Notes under the pieces: model-generated
What the model was told of the DNA's origin: nothing
Databases searched by the model: none
What the model saw: the letters and a program-made list of their open reading frames with translations, nothing else
Source of the DNA: Candidatus Eiseniibacteriota bacterium
Lineage (GTDB): Bacteria; Eisenbacteria; RBG-16-71-46; JABDJR01
Length of the DNA: 64,000 bases
Reading direction: 5' to 3'
Assembly (NCBI GenBank): GCA_963783375.1
Contig: CAWANH010000028.1
Coordinates: forward strand, 1,504,001 to 1,568,000
Part shown: piece after piece, positions 39,178-51,390 of the stretch
How the letters are laid out: each line of letters starts with the position of its first letter
Numbering within the stretch: position 1 is the stretch's first letter
Made by a program: the position numbers and the translations under genes

Positions 39178-39828
39178 ACCACGAGACGGCCCGGACCCGG
39201 CTGGATGCGCTCGTGGACGGGGAACTGACCGCGGGGGAGCGGGCGGAGGTCGATGCGCACCTGGCCGGGTGCCCGGAATGCCGGGATGAGGCGGCGGCGC
39301 TTCGGCGGCTTCGGTCCGGCGCGAGGGCGCTGGTGGATGCGGTGGAGCCGGTGCGGGATCTCTGGCCGGGGATCGCCACCCGGATCGCGGGGGCACCGGT
39401 CGCGGCGCCGCGGCGCCGCTCGTGGTTCGAGGGGTGGACCCAGGGGTTGGCCTGGGCGGCGGTTCTGGCGGTGGCGCTGGTCGGAGCCTACCGGCTTCTT
39501 GCTCCGGTTCCCGAGGCCCCGCCGCGGACCGCGGCGATGCCGGCGGGCCTGATTCCGGCGGTGGGGGCCCTGGAGATGCAAACGGCGGCGGCGGGGAAGG
39601 AGCTCCAGGCGGCCCTGGCGCTCCGCCCGGAGGGGATGGACGCGGCGACCGGAGCCGCTCTGGCCGCGAACCTGGATGTATCTGGAGCGCGCGATCGCCG
39701 AAACCCGGGAGGCCTGGGTGGCCCATCCGGAGGACCCGGCGCTCATCTACGAGCTGACCGATCTCTACCGGCGGAAGCTCGATCTGTTGCACGGGGCGAC
39801 GGATCTCGTGACCCGGAGCTGGACCTGA
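39174..39828 (+). CDS. Zinc-finger (zf-HC2) anti-sigma factor, apparent frameshift at about 39681
   Basis: HLAGCPEC; one TM helix; natural-looking C-terminus LERAIAETREAW..PEDPAL...LYRRKLDLL lies in another frame and ends at TGA 39828. Confidence 0.8.
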
Positions 39829-39853
39829 GTGGGACCCTGGAAGAAGAGGTGAC

Positions 39854-40750
39854 GTGATGCGAAAGACGATGGCCGTGATGATGATGGCGCTCCTGTTGGC
39901 GCTGGTTCCCACGACGCTTCTCGCCGGCCAGCCGATCGACGAGACCCGCGACGCGGCGCCCGACGGCACCGTGGACATCAACAATCTGAACGGCTCGGTC
40001 ACGGTGACCGGTTGGGACAAGAACCAGGTCACGGTGACCGGGAGCCTGGGGGACGGACCGGACCGGCTGGAGGTGACCGGAACCAAGTCGCGCACCGTCA
40101 TCAAGGTGATCTGGCCCCGGGAGACCCGGACCAGCTCGCGGGAATCCACCGAGCTGAACGTGAAGGTCCCCCGGGGGAGCCAGGTGCGGGTGGAGGGGGT
40201 GAACCTCACCATCGACGTCTCCGAGGTGACCGGGGTGGTGGACGCCCAGACCGTGAACGGCGGGATCGACGTGAGCGGAAAGCCGGCCGAGGTGGACGCC
40301 AAGACCGTGAATGGCCGGATCGAGATTCACGCGGAGACCGACAAGATCGAGGCCGAGACGGTGAACGGCGGGGTGAAGGTTACCGGAGGCCGGGGCGAGG
40401 TCTCGGCCCGGAGCGTGAGCGGTGGGGTGGAGGTGAAGGGCGACGCCTTCACCAGCGCGGAGCTATCCACGGTCTCCGGCTCGGTGGACTTCGAGGGGAG
40501 CCTCGAGGGGAAGGGGACCTACGACTTCGAGAGCCACAGCGGCGGGGTCGTGGTGCGCCTACCCGCAAACGTGAACGCGGATTTCGACGTGAACACCTTC
40601 AGCGGGGACATCGTGAACGAGCTGGGACCGCCGGCCCGACGTACCAGCAAGTACGCCCCGGGGAAGAGCGTGGAGTTCACCGTCGGCGACGGCGGGGCCC
40701 AGATCTCTATCAACAGCTTCAGCGGGACGGTGCGGTTGTTGAAGCTGTAG
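39854..40750 (+). CDS. DUF4097 family beta-strand repeat (adhesin-like) protein
   Basis: Signal peptide; repeated TVNG/SVSG/TFSG beta motifs; usual third gene of such ECF operons. Confidence 0.88.
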   Translation: MMRKTMAVMMMALLLALVPTTLLAGQPIDETRDAAPDGTVDINNLNGSVTVTGWDKNQVTVTGSLGDGPDRLEVTGTKSRTVIKVIWPRETRTSSRESTELNVKVPRGSQVRVEGVNLTIDVSEVTGVVDAQTVNGGIDVSGKPAEVDAKTVNGRIEIHAETDKIEAETVNGGVKVTGGRGEVSARSVSGGVEVKGDAFTSAELSTVSGSVDFEGSLEGKGTYDFESHSGGVVVRLPANVNADFDVNTFSGDIVNELGPPARRTSKYAPGKSVEFTVGDGGAQISINSFSGTVRLLKL

Positions 40751-40775
40751 GTCGGGGTGGGGGCGGGCCCCGGAT

Positions 40776-41834
40776 GTTCACCCGGGTGAACCCGAACGTA
40801 CACCGGCGGACATGGTCGTGTGTGTCCCCGGGGAAGCAATGTTCGCGATGAAGGTGTCGCAACTAGATGCCCGCGCGCGTTCAGCCGTCCAGCGCAAGAC
40901 CGGCCCGAGCCGCCCCCGCCCCGGACGCGGACACGAATCCCCCCTGGCATACCTGAGGTTCACCCGGGTGAACTCGTGCTTCCCCGGGGAAGCAATGTTC
41001 GTGTTAATGGCTTTAGTGCGACGTCGCCGGCGAAGCGGCCCATCCCGCGCCCGCGCACCCAGGGTTCACCCGGGTGAACCCGTGCCTCCCCGGGGAAGCA
41101 ATGTTCGCGATAAAGGTGTCGCACCGAGAGGTCCGCGCTCGTTCAGCCGTCGAGCGCGTGACCGGCCCGAGCCGCCCCGGCCCCGGACGCGGACACGAAT
41201 CCCCCCTGGCATACCTGAGGTTCACCCGGGTGAACTCGTGCTTCCCCGGGGAAGCAATGTTCGCGATAAAGGTGCCGCACCGAGAGGCCCGCGCTCGTTC
41301 AGCCGTCGAGCGCGTGACCGGCCCGAGCCGCCCCGGCCCCGGACGCGGACACGAATCCCCCCTGGCATACCTGAGGTTCACCCGGGGGGACCGTTTTGCA
41401 CCCGGGTGCAAAATGTTCGCGATAAAGACTTTAGTGCGACGTCGCCGGCGAAGAGGCCCATCCCGCGGGCGTGCACCCGAAGTTCCCCGGGTGTACTCGA
41501 ATGATCACCGGTGGGCCTGGTCGCGTGCTTCCCCGGGGAAGCAATGTTCGCGATAACGGCTTTAGTGCGACGTCGCCGGCGAAGCGGCCCATCCCGCGCC
41601 CGTGCACCCAGGGTTCACCCGGGTGAACCCGTGCCTCCCCGGGGAAGCAATGTTCGCGATAAAGGTGTCGCACCGAGAGGCCCGCGCGCGTTTAGCCGTC
41701 GAGCGCAAGATCGACCCGGGCCAGCCCTCCCCTCGGACGCGGACACAAAGTCACCCAGGCGTACCCGAAGTTCACCCGGGTGAACTCGTGCTTCCCCGGG
41801 GAAGCAATGTTCGCGATAAAGACTTTAGTGCGAC
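40776..41834. repeat. Mosaic palindromic repeat array (REP/BIME-like), eight cores and two linker types
   Basis: Core GTTCACCCGGGTGAAC-ycg-TGCTTCCCCGGGGAAGCA-ATGTTCGCGATAA; AATGTTCG begins at 40838, 40994, 41100, 41256, 41412, 41543, 41649 and 41806. Confidence 0.92.
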
Positions 41835-41910
41835 TCCACAGACGAACCGGCCCGTCGCCGGCTGCTAGACTCCCGGGGTAGGTCCACGGCACCGAGTCCC
41901 GGGAGATTCC

Positions 41911-42384
41911 ATGAACGCCGCCGGCAACGAATTCGAACACGACGACAGGATCCTTCGCGCCGACCCCGTCTTTCGCATGCGGGCGGTGACGATCCTGGTG
42001 ATCCTGGTCGCCCTGGGGGCCGCCTCCCTCATGGCCACCAGCCGCTACCTGGACGGGCTCCGGGAACTGGCTCAGGCGTCGCCGGAGGATGCGGCGGCCA
42101 GGGCGGCCACGCTCTTCCGGGTGATGATGTCGGCCACCGCGCTCATTCCGCTCCTGGCCGGCGCGTATCTGTCCCGGCTCGCCTGGCGGGGGTGGATCGA
42201 GGGCGTGTTCCCGCCTCCCGGCACCCGGGTGCTCATGGACACCGCGGTGGTCTCCGGCCGGAGCGCCCGGCGCCTATCCGCGCTCACCTTCACCCTCGGG
42301 GTGATCCTGGTGCTCTCGGCGGCGACCCTGGTGATCTTCGGATGGTGGATGGCCGCCACCCTCGCCGCGCCCCACGGAGGCTGA
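41911..42384 (+). CDS. Small membrane protein (about 3 TM), unknown function
   Basis: 157-aa ORF with hydrophobic helices and an FPPPGT motif. Confidence 0.7.
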   Translation: MNAAGNEFEHDDRILRADPVFRMRAVTILVILVALGAASLMATSRYLDGLRELAQASPEDAAARAATLFRVMMSATALIPLLAGAYLSRLAWRGWIEGVFPPPGTRVLMDTAVVSGRSARRLSALTFTLGVILVLSAATLVIFGWWMAATLAAPHGG

Positions 42385-42500
42385 GCGCACCTCGCGGGAA
42401 AACCCCGCGCCCCACGGGGGTTGAGCCCGGGTTCGGCGATGCGCCCCCCCGCGGCACGAACCGCCCCGGGACCGCCCGCCCGGCGACCGGCGGCGCATGG

Positions 42501-42628
42501 AACCCGGCGGCGCTCGTCGGCGCCTCAAACCCGCCGGCGCTCATCGGCGCTTCGAATCCGCCGGCCCTCGGCGGCGCCTCGAACCCGTCGGCGCCCGGCG
42601 CTCGTCGGCGCCTCGAATCCGCCGGCCC
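42501..42628. repeat. 27-nt imperfect tandem repeat, about 4.5 copies
   Basis: AAyCCGssGGCsCTCrnCGGCGCyTCr units at 42501, 42528, 42555, 42582 (with a 7-nt insertion) and 42616 (partial). Confidence 0.8.
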
Positions 42629-42633
42629 CCGAG

Positions 42634-43242
42634 TCACTTCACCGGATGCATCACGTAGCGGATCTGCCAGGCATGAAAGAACCCCGAGAGCCGCCGCTCG
42701 TAGAACTCCTGCGACCCGTAGCTCCGGTTCACCAGGAACGCGAACCACGGGGCGAGTACCTTGTCCAGGAGCCCGTTCCGGTAGAACTCCAGCCGGACCG
42801 ACTCCACCCGGAAGCTCACGTCGGTGTAGAACGCGGGGACCTTCCGCCGCCGCGGCTGGCGCTCGGGGGCGACGAAGTAGAACATGGTGTGGAGGCCGAA
42901 GAAGCGGACGTGGGTGGGATCCGAGTACCCGTAGACGTTCGAGAAGTGGGGGACGGTGATCTCGATGGTCGCGCCGGGGCGAGCCACCCGGTGGATCTCC
43001 CGCATGAGGGGGAGGAACTCCCGCACGTGCTCCAGGGCGTGGCGGCTGTGGATCCGCTCCACGCAGTCGTCGGGGAGAAGCTCGAAGGGCGCGTTCAGGT
43101 CGGCGAGGATGTCCACCCCGGGAAGGGGGAGGTGGTCCACGGCGTAGAGCCCCGGCCGGGGGACGCCCCCCGAGCCGAGATCCAGGCCGATCGCCCGCCC
43201 CGCCGCGAGGTCCGCGGCCACCTTCGGGTTCAGTATCTCCAT
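42634..43242 (-). CDS. Class I SAM-dependent methyltransferase
   Basis: LDLGSG, HALEHV, EIHRVARPG and DPTH motifs. Confidence 0.88.
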   Translation of the reverse strand: MEILNPKVAADLAAGRAIGLDLGSGGVPRPGLYAVDHLPLPGVDILADLNAPFELLPDDCVERIHSRHALEHVREFLPLMREIHRVARPGATIEITVPHFSNVYGYSDPTHVRFFGLHTMFYFVAPERQPRRRKVPAFYTDVSFRVESVRLEFYRNGLLDKVLAPWFAFLVNRSYGSQEFYERRLSGFFHAWQIRYVMHPVK

Positions 43243-43310
43243 GGACTCCGCGCGTCCTCCCCCGGGCCCGGATCGCTCGCAAGCGCCGCCGGAGGCCCTC
43301 GACCCGCCGG

Positions 43311-45262
<1,952 letters not shown>

Positions 45263-45456
45263 GCGAATACGCCAGTCTACCCCCGGCCGGGGAATCGCGC
45301 CAGCGGCGTATGGGGGACGGGCGGACCCGGGGAGAGGGCACGCGTTTCGGCCCTCCCGGGTTGAGCGGCGGGGGAGCAACGCCTACCATGAAAAGAGCGC
45401 CCGGCGGCCGCGACGGCCCCGGTTCGTCCGAACTCATCGAAACTCCCGGAGGCACC

Positions 45457-46317
45457 ATGAAGCTCGGATTCATCGGCACCGGTCTCATGGGGCGCCCCAT
45501 GGCGGGGCGTCTCCTGGACGCGGGCCATCAGCTCACCGTATTCAACCGCACCCGGTCGAAGGCCGCGTCCCTGGCCGAGCGGGGGGCCGCGGTGGCCGTC
45601 GACCCGGCCTCGGTGTTCGCCGTCTCCGAGGCCACCGTGCTCATGCTGACCGGCGGTCCCGCGGTGGCGGCGGTCCTGGGCGGCGACGGCCCGGCCCCCG
45701 ATCTCGCCGGGCGGACGGTGATCCAGATGTCCACCATCGGCCCCGACGAGAGCCTGGCCTTCGAGGAGCGCGTGCGAACCGCGGGGGGCGACTACCTGGA
45801 GGCCCCGGTCCTGGGGAGCACCCCCCAGGCCGAACAGGGGGAACTCCTGATCCTGGCCGCGGGGCCCGAGGCCCGGATCGAGCGCTGGCGCGAGGTGCTG
45901 GCGGTGCTGGGGAAGCCGACCCGCATCGGCGACCTCGGCCAGGGGGCGGCGGTGAAGCTCGCCCTGAACCAGCTCATCGCCTCGCTCAGCGCCGCCTACG
46001 CTTACAGCCTGGGGCTGGCGGAGCGCCGCGGGGTGGCGCCGGAGCGGTTCATGGAGATCCTGCGCGGCACCGTGCTCTACGCCCCCACCATCGACAAGAA
46101 GCTCCCCCGGCTCCTGGAGCGGAACTTCGACGACCCGAACTTCCCGGTCAAGCACCTGCAAAAGGACGTGGACCTGGCGCTGGAGGAGGGGCGGAAGCAG
46201 GGGCTCGGCACCGACGCCCTGGAGGGGGTGCGGCGGATCCTCGAGCGGACGATGGAGGGCGGGCTGGCCGAGGCGGACTACAGCGCGCTCTACGAGACGG
46301 TGAATCCGCGGCGGTGA
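45457..46317 (+). CDS. NAD(P)-dependent beta-hydroxyacid dehydrogenase (3-hydroxyisobutyrate DH family)
   Basis: GFIGTGLMG, FNRT, MSTI, EAPVLGS, KLALN and KDVDLA motifs. Confidence 0.93.
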   Translation: MKLGFIGTGLMGRPMAGRLLDAGHQLTVFNRTRSKAASLAERGAAVAVDPASVFAVSEATVLMLTGGPAVAAVLGGDGPAPDLAGRTVIQMSTIGPDESLAFEERVRTAGGDYLEAPVLGSTPQAEQGELLILAAGPEARIERWREVLAVLGKPTRIGDLGQGAAVKLALNQLIASLSAAYAYSLGLAERRGVAPERFMEILRGTVLYAPTIDKKLPRLLERNFDDPNFPVKHLQKDVDLALEEGRKQGLGTDALEGVRRILERTMEGGLAEADYSALYETVNPRR

Positions 46318-46416
46318 GGGCCGGACGGAACGCTCGCGCCCGCAGGCGAGCCGCGCTACGGCCGGGCGCCGGGTCCGCGAATTCTCCCCGGCCGCCCCGC
46401 GGTTCCGACCGGCCGG

Positions 46417-47112
46417 TCAGCGGGCGAGGAGGCCGTACTTGAGGATCACGAAGACCGCCCGGACCCCGTCCTTCCAGTTGATCTTCTTCCCTTCCTCGTA
46501 GGTGCGTCCGTAGTAGGAGATGCCGACCTCGTAGACCGGGCAGCGGAGCCGGGCGATCTTGGCGGTGAACTCCGGCTCGAACCCGAAGCGATCCTCGGTG
46601 AACCGGACCGACCCCAGGATGCTCCGGCGGAAGACCTTGTACCCGACCTCCATGTCGGTGAGGTTCAGGTTCGTGAACATGTTGGAGAGCCGGGTGAGGA
46701 AACGGTTCCCGGCCGAGTGCCAGTAGTAGAGGACCCGGTGGGACTCGCTGCCGATGAACCTCGAGCCGTAGACCACCTCCGCCTTTCCGTCGACGATCGG
46801 CTGCAAGAGCCGGATATAGTCCTTGGGATCGTACTCGAGGTCGGCGTCCTGGATGATGATGACGTCCCCGCCGGCATGCTCGAACCCGCTTCGGAGGGCG
46901 GCCCCTTTTCCCCGGTTCCTCTCGTGGAGGACGACCCGGCAATCGGGCAGGTCGGACAGATCCCGGAGGACCTCCCGGGTGCCGTCGGTGGAGCAATCGT
47001 CCACGACGATGATCTCCCGTTCGAACGGCAATTCCACCGCGGCCACCGCCTCCAGGATGGGGCGGATGGTGGGGCGCTCGTTGTAGCACGGGATGACGAT
47101 GGACACTTTCAC
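46417..47112 (-). CDS. Glycosyltransferase family 2 (polyprenol-phosphate hexose synthase-like)
   Basis: [29 protein letters not shown] and VYGSRF motifs. Confidence 0.95.
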   Translation of the reverse strand: MKVSIVIPCYNERPTIRPILEAVAAVELPFEREIIVVDDCSTDGTREVLRDLSDLPDCRVVLHERNRGKGAALRSGFEHAGGDVIIIQDADLEYDPKDYIRLLQPIVDGKAEVVYGSRFIGSESHRVLYYWHSAGNRFLTRLSNMFTNLNLTDMEVGYKVFRRSILGSVRFTEDRFGFEPEFTAKIARLRCPVYEVGISYYGRTYEEGKKINWKDGVRAVFVILKYGLLAR

Positions 47113-47149
47113 GACGGATCCCTCGTGATGTTGGGCTTCCCGGATCGTC

Positions 47150-48655
47150 CTACCGCGTCAGGAGATCCGCCTCGGCCGAGCGTTCCATGAGCTCGCGCAC
47201 CCCCCGGTGGAGATGCCACGCGCGGAATCCCGATCTCCGCATCAACCCGGCGAGATGGGCGCTCTTGTACCCGATCTCGCAGTAGAGCACGTAGGCCTTC
47301 TCCCGGCCGAAGGCCCGGTAGGCGCGAAGCGCTTCAGTGTACTCCAGGTGGAGGGCCCCGGACGGGTGCCAGGCATCGTAGGCGGGGCGGGAGCGGAGGT
47401 CCAGGAGCACCGCATCCTCGGGAATGCGGTCCGCGTCGAGATCCAGGCCGGTGCCCTCCAGGTTGTCCAGGCTCAGGGCCCGCAGATCGACCTTTCCCCG
47501 CCCGGCCCACGCCGCCTCCAGCACCGCGGGATCGAGCTTGGCCTCTTCGGCTTCCAGGGCGCGGAGCGGCGCGCTGGTGGAGGGGCTCCGCGAGAGGAGA
47601 TCGCAGTACTCGTCCACCTTCGCCGAGGACTCGAAGGTTCCGATCCGGCGGGCCAGCTCGGTGATCTCCTCCTTGTTGTTCCCCACCAGGGGACGGAGGA
47701 TGGGAAGGTGGGTAGCCCGGGAGATGACGGCGAGGTTCTGCAGGGTCTGGGAGGAGACCTGACCTACCGCCTCGCCGGTCACCAGGGCATGGGCCCCGAT
47801 GCGGGCGGCCAGCCGGTCGCCCGCCTGGAGCATCAATCGCTTGAGGATGACCTGCCAGAACCGGGACGAGGTCTTCTCGCGAAGCTCCCGGACCACGGGG
47901 GCGAAGTCCAACTCGTGGAGGATCGGCCGGTCGCCGTAGCTCCAGAGATCGGAGACGATCTTCATCACCCGGAGCACGCCTTCCCGGTGCTCGGACCCCC
48001 CCAGGTTCAGGAAAAGATAGTCGAGGGAGACGCCGCGGCGAAGCATGAGCCACGAAGCCACCGCGGAGTCGAACCCGCCCGAGACCAGGGACAGCGCGCG
48101 TCCCTCCACCCCCAGGGGGAGGCCGCCGTGGGCGGGAACCACCCGGCGGAAGAAGTAGGCGGCCTCGGGCTGGACCTCGAGCCGGGCGGTGAACTCGGGG
48201 CGGCCGAGATCCACCCCGGCCGACCCGGGGAGGAGCGCGGTCCCCAGCGCCCGGTCCACGTCCATGGAGTCGAAGGGGATCCGTTTCACGTCGCCGCCTC
48301 GGCGGGCGCGCACCGCGAACCGTTTGCCGGCCACGTCCTCGCGAAAGATGGATTCGCCCGCCCGCACCACGTCCTGGAGCGTGGTCCACGGGTGTCGCTC
48401 CACCGGCGAGATGGACTGCACCCCGAAGACCCGGGGGACGACGTCCAGGGCGATGGGGCTCTCCGCCTCCAGGTAGAGGCGGTGCCAGTCGCGGCGGATC
48501 CCGCCTCCGATTCCGGCGGCGGCCAGGGCGTCGCGCAGGTTTTCCTCCAGGCGCCGGACGAACCGTTGCTTGGTCTTGGATCCCTTGGTGGAGATGTCCC
48601 CGGAGAACCGGATGAGGATCAGCGGGCCCGTCTCATCGGGGCTCTTCACGGGCAT
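47150..48655 (-). CDS. thiI: tRNA 4-thiouridine synthase (THUMP, PP-loop and rhodanese domains)
   Basis: [27 protein letters not shown]; C-terminal rhodanese with LYCEIG. Confidence 0.93.
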   Translation of the reverse strand: MPVKSPDETGPLILIRFSGDISTKGSKTKQRFVRRLEENLRDALAAAGIGGGIRRDWHRLYLEAESPIALDVVPRVFGVQSISPVERHPWTTLQDVVRAGESIFREDVAGKRFAVRARRGGDVKRIPFDSMDVDRALGTALLPGSAGVDLGRPEFTARLEVQPEAAYFFRRVVPAHGGLPLGVEGRALSLVSGGFDSAVASWLMLRRGVSLDYLFLNLGGSEHREGVLRVMKIVSDLWSYGDRPILHELDFAPVVRELREKTSSRFWQVILKRLMLQAGDRLAARIGAHALVTGEAVGQVSSQTLQNLAVISRATHLPILRPLVGNNKEEITELARRIGTFESSAKVDEYCDLLSRSPSTSAPLRALEAEEAKLDPAVLEAAWAGRGKVDLRALSLDNLEGTGLDLDADRIPEDAVLLDLRSRPAYDAWHPSGALHLEYTEALRAYRAFGREKAYVLYCEIGYKSAHLAGLMRRSGFRAWHLHRGVRELMERSAEADLLTR

Positions 48656-48770
48656 GGGCGAACCTCCAGGACGCAATCTGGACCAGGACCGGGCATGGCG
48701 ACGGCACCGTGCAGGGATTCTAGCAGAGGCCGTCGGGTCTCCCGAGACCCCGCGTAGGCCCCGCTCCCCG

Positions 48771-49514
48771 TCAGGCCTCCATGGTCAGACAGAAATGGCT
48801 CTGGAGGAAGTACGCGGCGAGCCGGTTGGCCAAGAGGACCCGTCCGACGTCTCGGAGAGGGTTGAACGAGGTCCAGCGGATGCGGGGGTTCCGGAACCCC
48901 GCCTCGGCCAGGAGCGCGGCCCAGACCTCCGGGGGCTGGTGCTTGTCCCACTCGATGGTCGGCATGATCGGATTCTTGAGGCCGAGCCGGGGGAAGAAGT
49001 TCCGGCTGGAGCAATCGGTGGCCACGAGCTTCGCGCCCGGGGCGCAGAGCTCGTGGAGCTTCCCGAAGAGCTCGATGTACCGCGCTTCGGCCGCCGGATC
49101 CTTGCCGAGATTCAGACACGCTTCCTCGTCAACGTGATTCAGGGAGTTGTTCAGCAGCACCACGTCGAAGCGGATCCCGCCGGGGTCGAAATCCTGGATG
49201 GTGGTTCCCTGGATCCGAACGTCGGTGGACAGCCCGAGGAGCGAGTGCATTCTGTCGAACTTTGCCGTCACCCCCGCGGTCGAGCCCATGGCCTCCGGCT
49301 CCAGGCACCGGGCCTCCGATGCCCCGCGAAGCGCGGCGTAGAATGTATAGACGCCGCTCCCGCCTCCGATATCCAGGAAACGCCTGCCCTCCAGCGGCAC
49401 GCCGTCGAAGATCTGCTTGGTGTAGAAGAGCAGGTTCTCTCCGGAGGAATACATTCCCTCGGTGGAGACCGCCTGGAGAAAGGTCTTCATTTGCCCGGTG
49501 TCAGGAGTGACCAT
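48771..49514 (-). CDS. Class I SAM-dependent methyltransferase
   Basis: FLDIGGGSG, FDVV...SLNHV and PGAKLV motifs. Confidence 0.85.
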   Translation of the reverse strand: MVTPDTGQMKTFLQAVSTEGMYSSGENLLFYTKQIFDGVPLEGRRFLDIGGGSGVYTFYAALRGASEARCLEPEAMGSTAGVTAKFDRMHSLLGLSTDVRIQGTTIQDFDPGGIRFDVVLLNNSLNHVDEEACLNLGKDPAAEARYIELFGKLHELCAPGAKLVATDCSSRNFFPRLGLKNPIMPTIEWDKHQPPEVWAALLAEAGFRNPRIRWTSFNPLRDVGRVLLANRLAAYFLQSHFCLTMEA

Positions 49515-49520
49515 TTGGGT

Positions 49521-51105
49521 TCAGTTCCTTACTGCCTTTCCGGAGGCCGTCGTGCCCCCGGCTTCAAGACGCCAGAAATACACTCCGGGCGGGGTTCCCT
49601 TCCCCTCCCACCGAAAGCGGTTCGTCCCCCTCGGCCACCAGGCGTCCAGGGTCCCGAGGATCCGCCCCCGCACATCGTAAAGCATAAGGTGCGCGGGGGC
49701 ATCGCGGTCCGTGGTGAACTCCACGTTGAAACCCGAGAGGAAGGGATTGGGAAAGCTCCGGACGGTGGTGGAGAGGGTCACGGGGACCCCGAGCGCCGCC
49801 CGGGTCCGGAGGTGGGCGATCACGTTCCGGGTGAGCTGGGCCAGGGGAGGGTTGGTGGCCAGCTCAATTCCGTACCGACGGTAGGACCCGGTGAAGACCG
49901 TGCCCCCCTGGGTGTAGATGGTCATGGCTCCGAAGGTGGTGTCTTGCTGGCTGTAGCGTTGCGCGGGGGCCAGGGCGAGCACTTCGGTGGAGGGGGGAGT
50001 GCCCATCGCGTAGGCCGACGGAGCCGGATACGGGCGGCCGTCGTCCCAGCTCAGCAGCATCCCGTCGATCTCGTCGTTGGCGATCATGGTGAGGCCGAAC
50101 TGGTCGCCGAAGCCGAGGCCGGTGTTCTCGAAGGCCCAGTGCTCGGGACGGTAGACCGTGTAATCGCTTCCCGGGAGCCCGGCGTTGGTCTGCCCGCCAG
50201 TTGACCCCCGTCAGGCTGTTGGCGGGACGATCGGCGGGGGGGGCGTCCCAAAGATACGTGGTCGAATCCAGGCCGGCGTTCTTGTAGCAGATCTCCTGGG
50301 TGCCGTTCCAGCGGATCCGCCACCAGCAGATGTTGCCGGAGAGGAACATGGCGTTGCCCCCGCCGGCGATGAACGCCTCGACCGCGTCGCGCTGGGTGTC
50401 CGACCAGTACTCGTCGTGACCGGTCGAGATGAAGAGATCGTAGTTGTCGAGCAGCGATGGATCGCGGTCGAGATCCTCCGAGTCGCAGTATTCCGTGGCC
50501 ACCCCTTCGTTGTAGAGGTACTTCACGACCCCAATGCCGAAGTTGGCGAAGTCCGACTTCCCGAGGAAGATGTTGCTCGGCCGGTCCAGGGAAACGAAGG
50601 CGCTCGCCACGTGATCAGTGGAAGACGACGTGTACAGGCTCTTCCCCCCCCAGGAATTGTAGGCGTTCCAGGTCGAGCTCGAGGCTTGGACGAGAATCCG
50701 CGAGGTCGAGCCGGGCTGGTCTTCACGGACCACGAACACGCAGTAGCGCCGGTCGGTGAGCGGATGGCCATCGGGCAGAAGTTCCGCGTAGTAGACGCCC
50801 GAGATCCAGCACTGAGGCACCCTTACGCTCAAGGTGACCGGCCAACCCGCACCGTAGGCATACGAACTCTCAGGTACCGCGCACGAGGCGGTCGACACCG
50901 CTGTGTAGGTGGCGATGGCCACGTTGCTCCAGGAAGTCAGGATTCGGATCTGGGACGTCGCGTTGGCCGAGCTCACGTGAAAACGAAGGGTGTCGCCCTG
51001 GGCCACCGAAAGAGGGGTCGCGTAAGCCTCGATCGGTTCCGCGGCCCGTGCGGTTCCGGCAAGGGCCGTGAACAGGAGAAGGAGAGCCGCCACTGAACCA
51101 CGCAT
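49521..51105 (-). CDS. Secreted N,N-dimethylformamidase beta-subunit-like domain protein with FlgD/T9SS-like tail, apparent frameshift at about 50195
   Basis: TWNAYNSWGGKSLY, GHDEYWS, GGNAMFLSGN; continues in another frame (YTVYRPEHWAFENTGL...FPNPF...PPGVYFWRL). Confidence 0.75.
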
Positions 51106-51390
51106 GATCAACCTTTCGTCGGGCGGATAGGCGTCGGTCCGGTGCCGGGTGCACGAGATCTCTGGGTACGGATCACGTCCCGGGTCGACCCGCGTCAGTG
51201 GGCCCTTGGGGAAGATGGGCCGCGGGTCCGCGCTCTTCATGAAGAGTGCGGGCTTGGGAGGGGGGTTCTCCATGTTGTCGGGTCGGGGAAGCAGGATGTC
51301 GCTACTGGTTGATCGGATTCTCCGCCGGTCGTGGTCCGGGTCGGCGCGTCCCGCGGCCGGGGGCGCGTCAAGCCAGAATTCGATCGTCGT

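Noticed and set aside
40776-40791. parS site
   Set aside because: A 16-bp palindrome, but its CCCGGG centre differs from the parS consensus TGTTTCACGTGAAACA; no parAB in the window
40776-41834. CRISPR array
   Set aside because: Spacers recur as two types and are too long; the repeat is a double palindrome; no cas genes are in the window
40812-41868. ORFs over the repeat array (e.g. 40812-41504, 41074-41556)
   Set aside because: Periods of 106, 131 and 157 break the frame; the same DNA reads open in several frames and strands; no RBS
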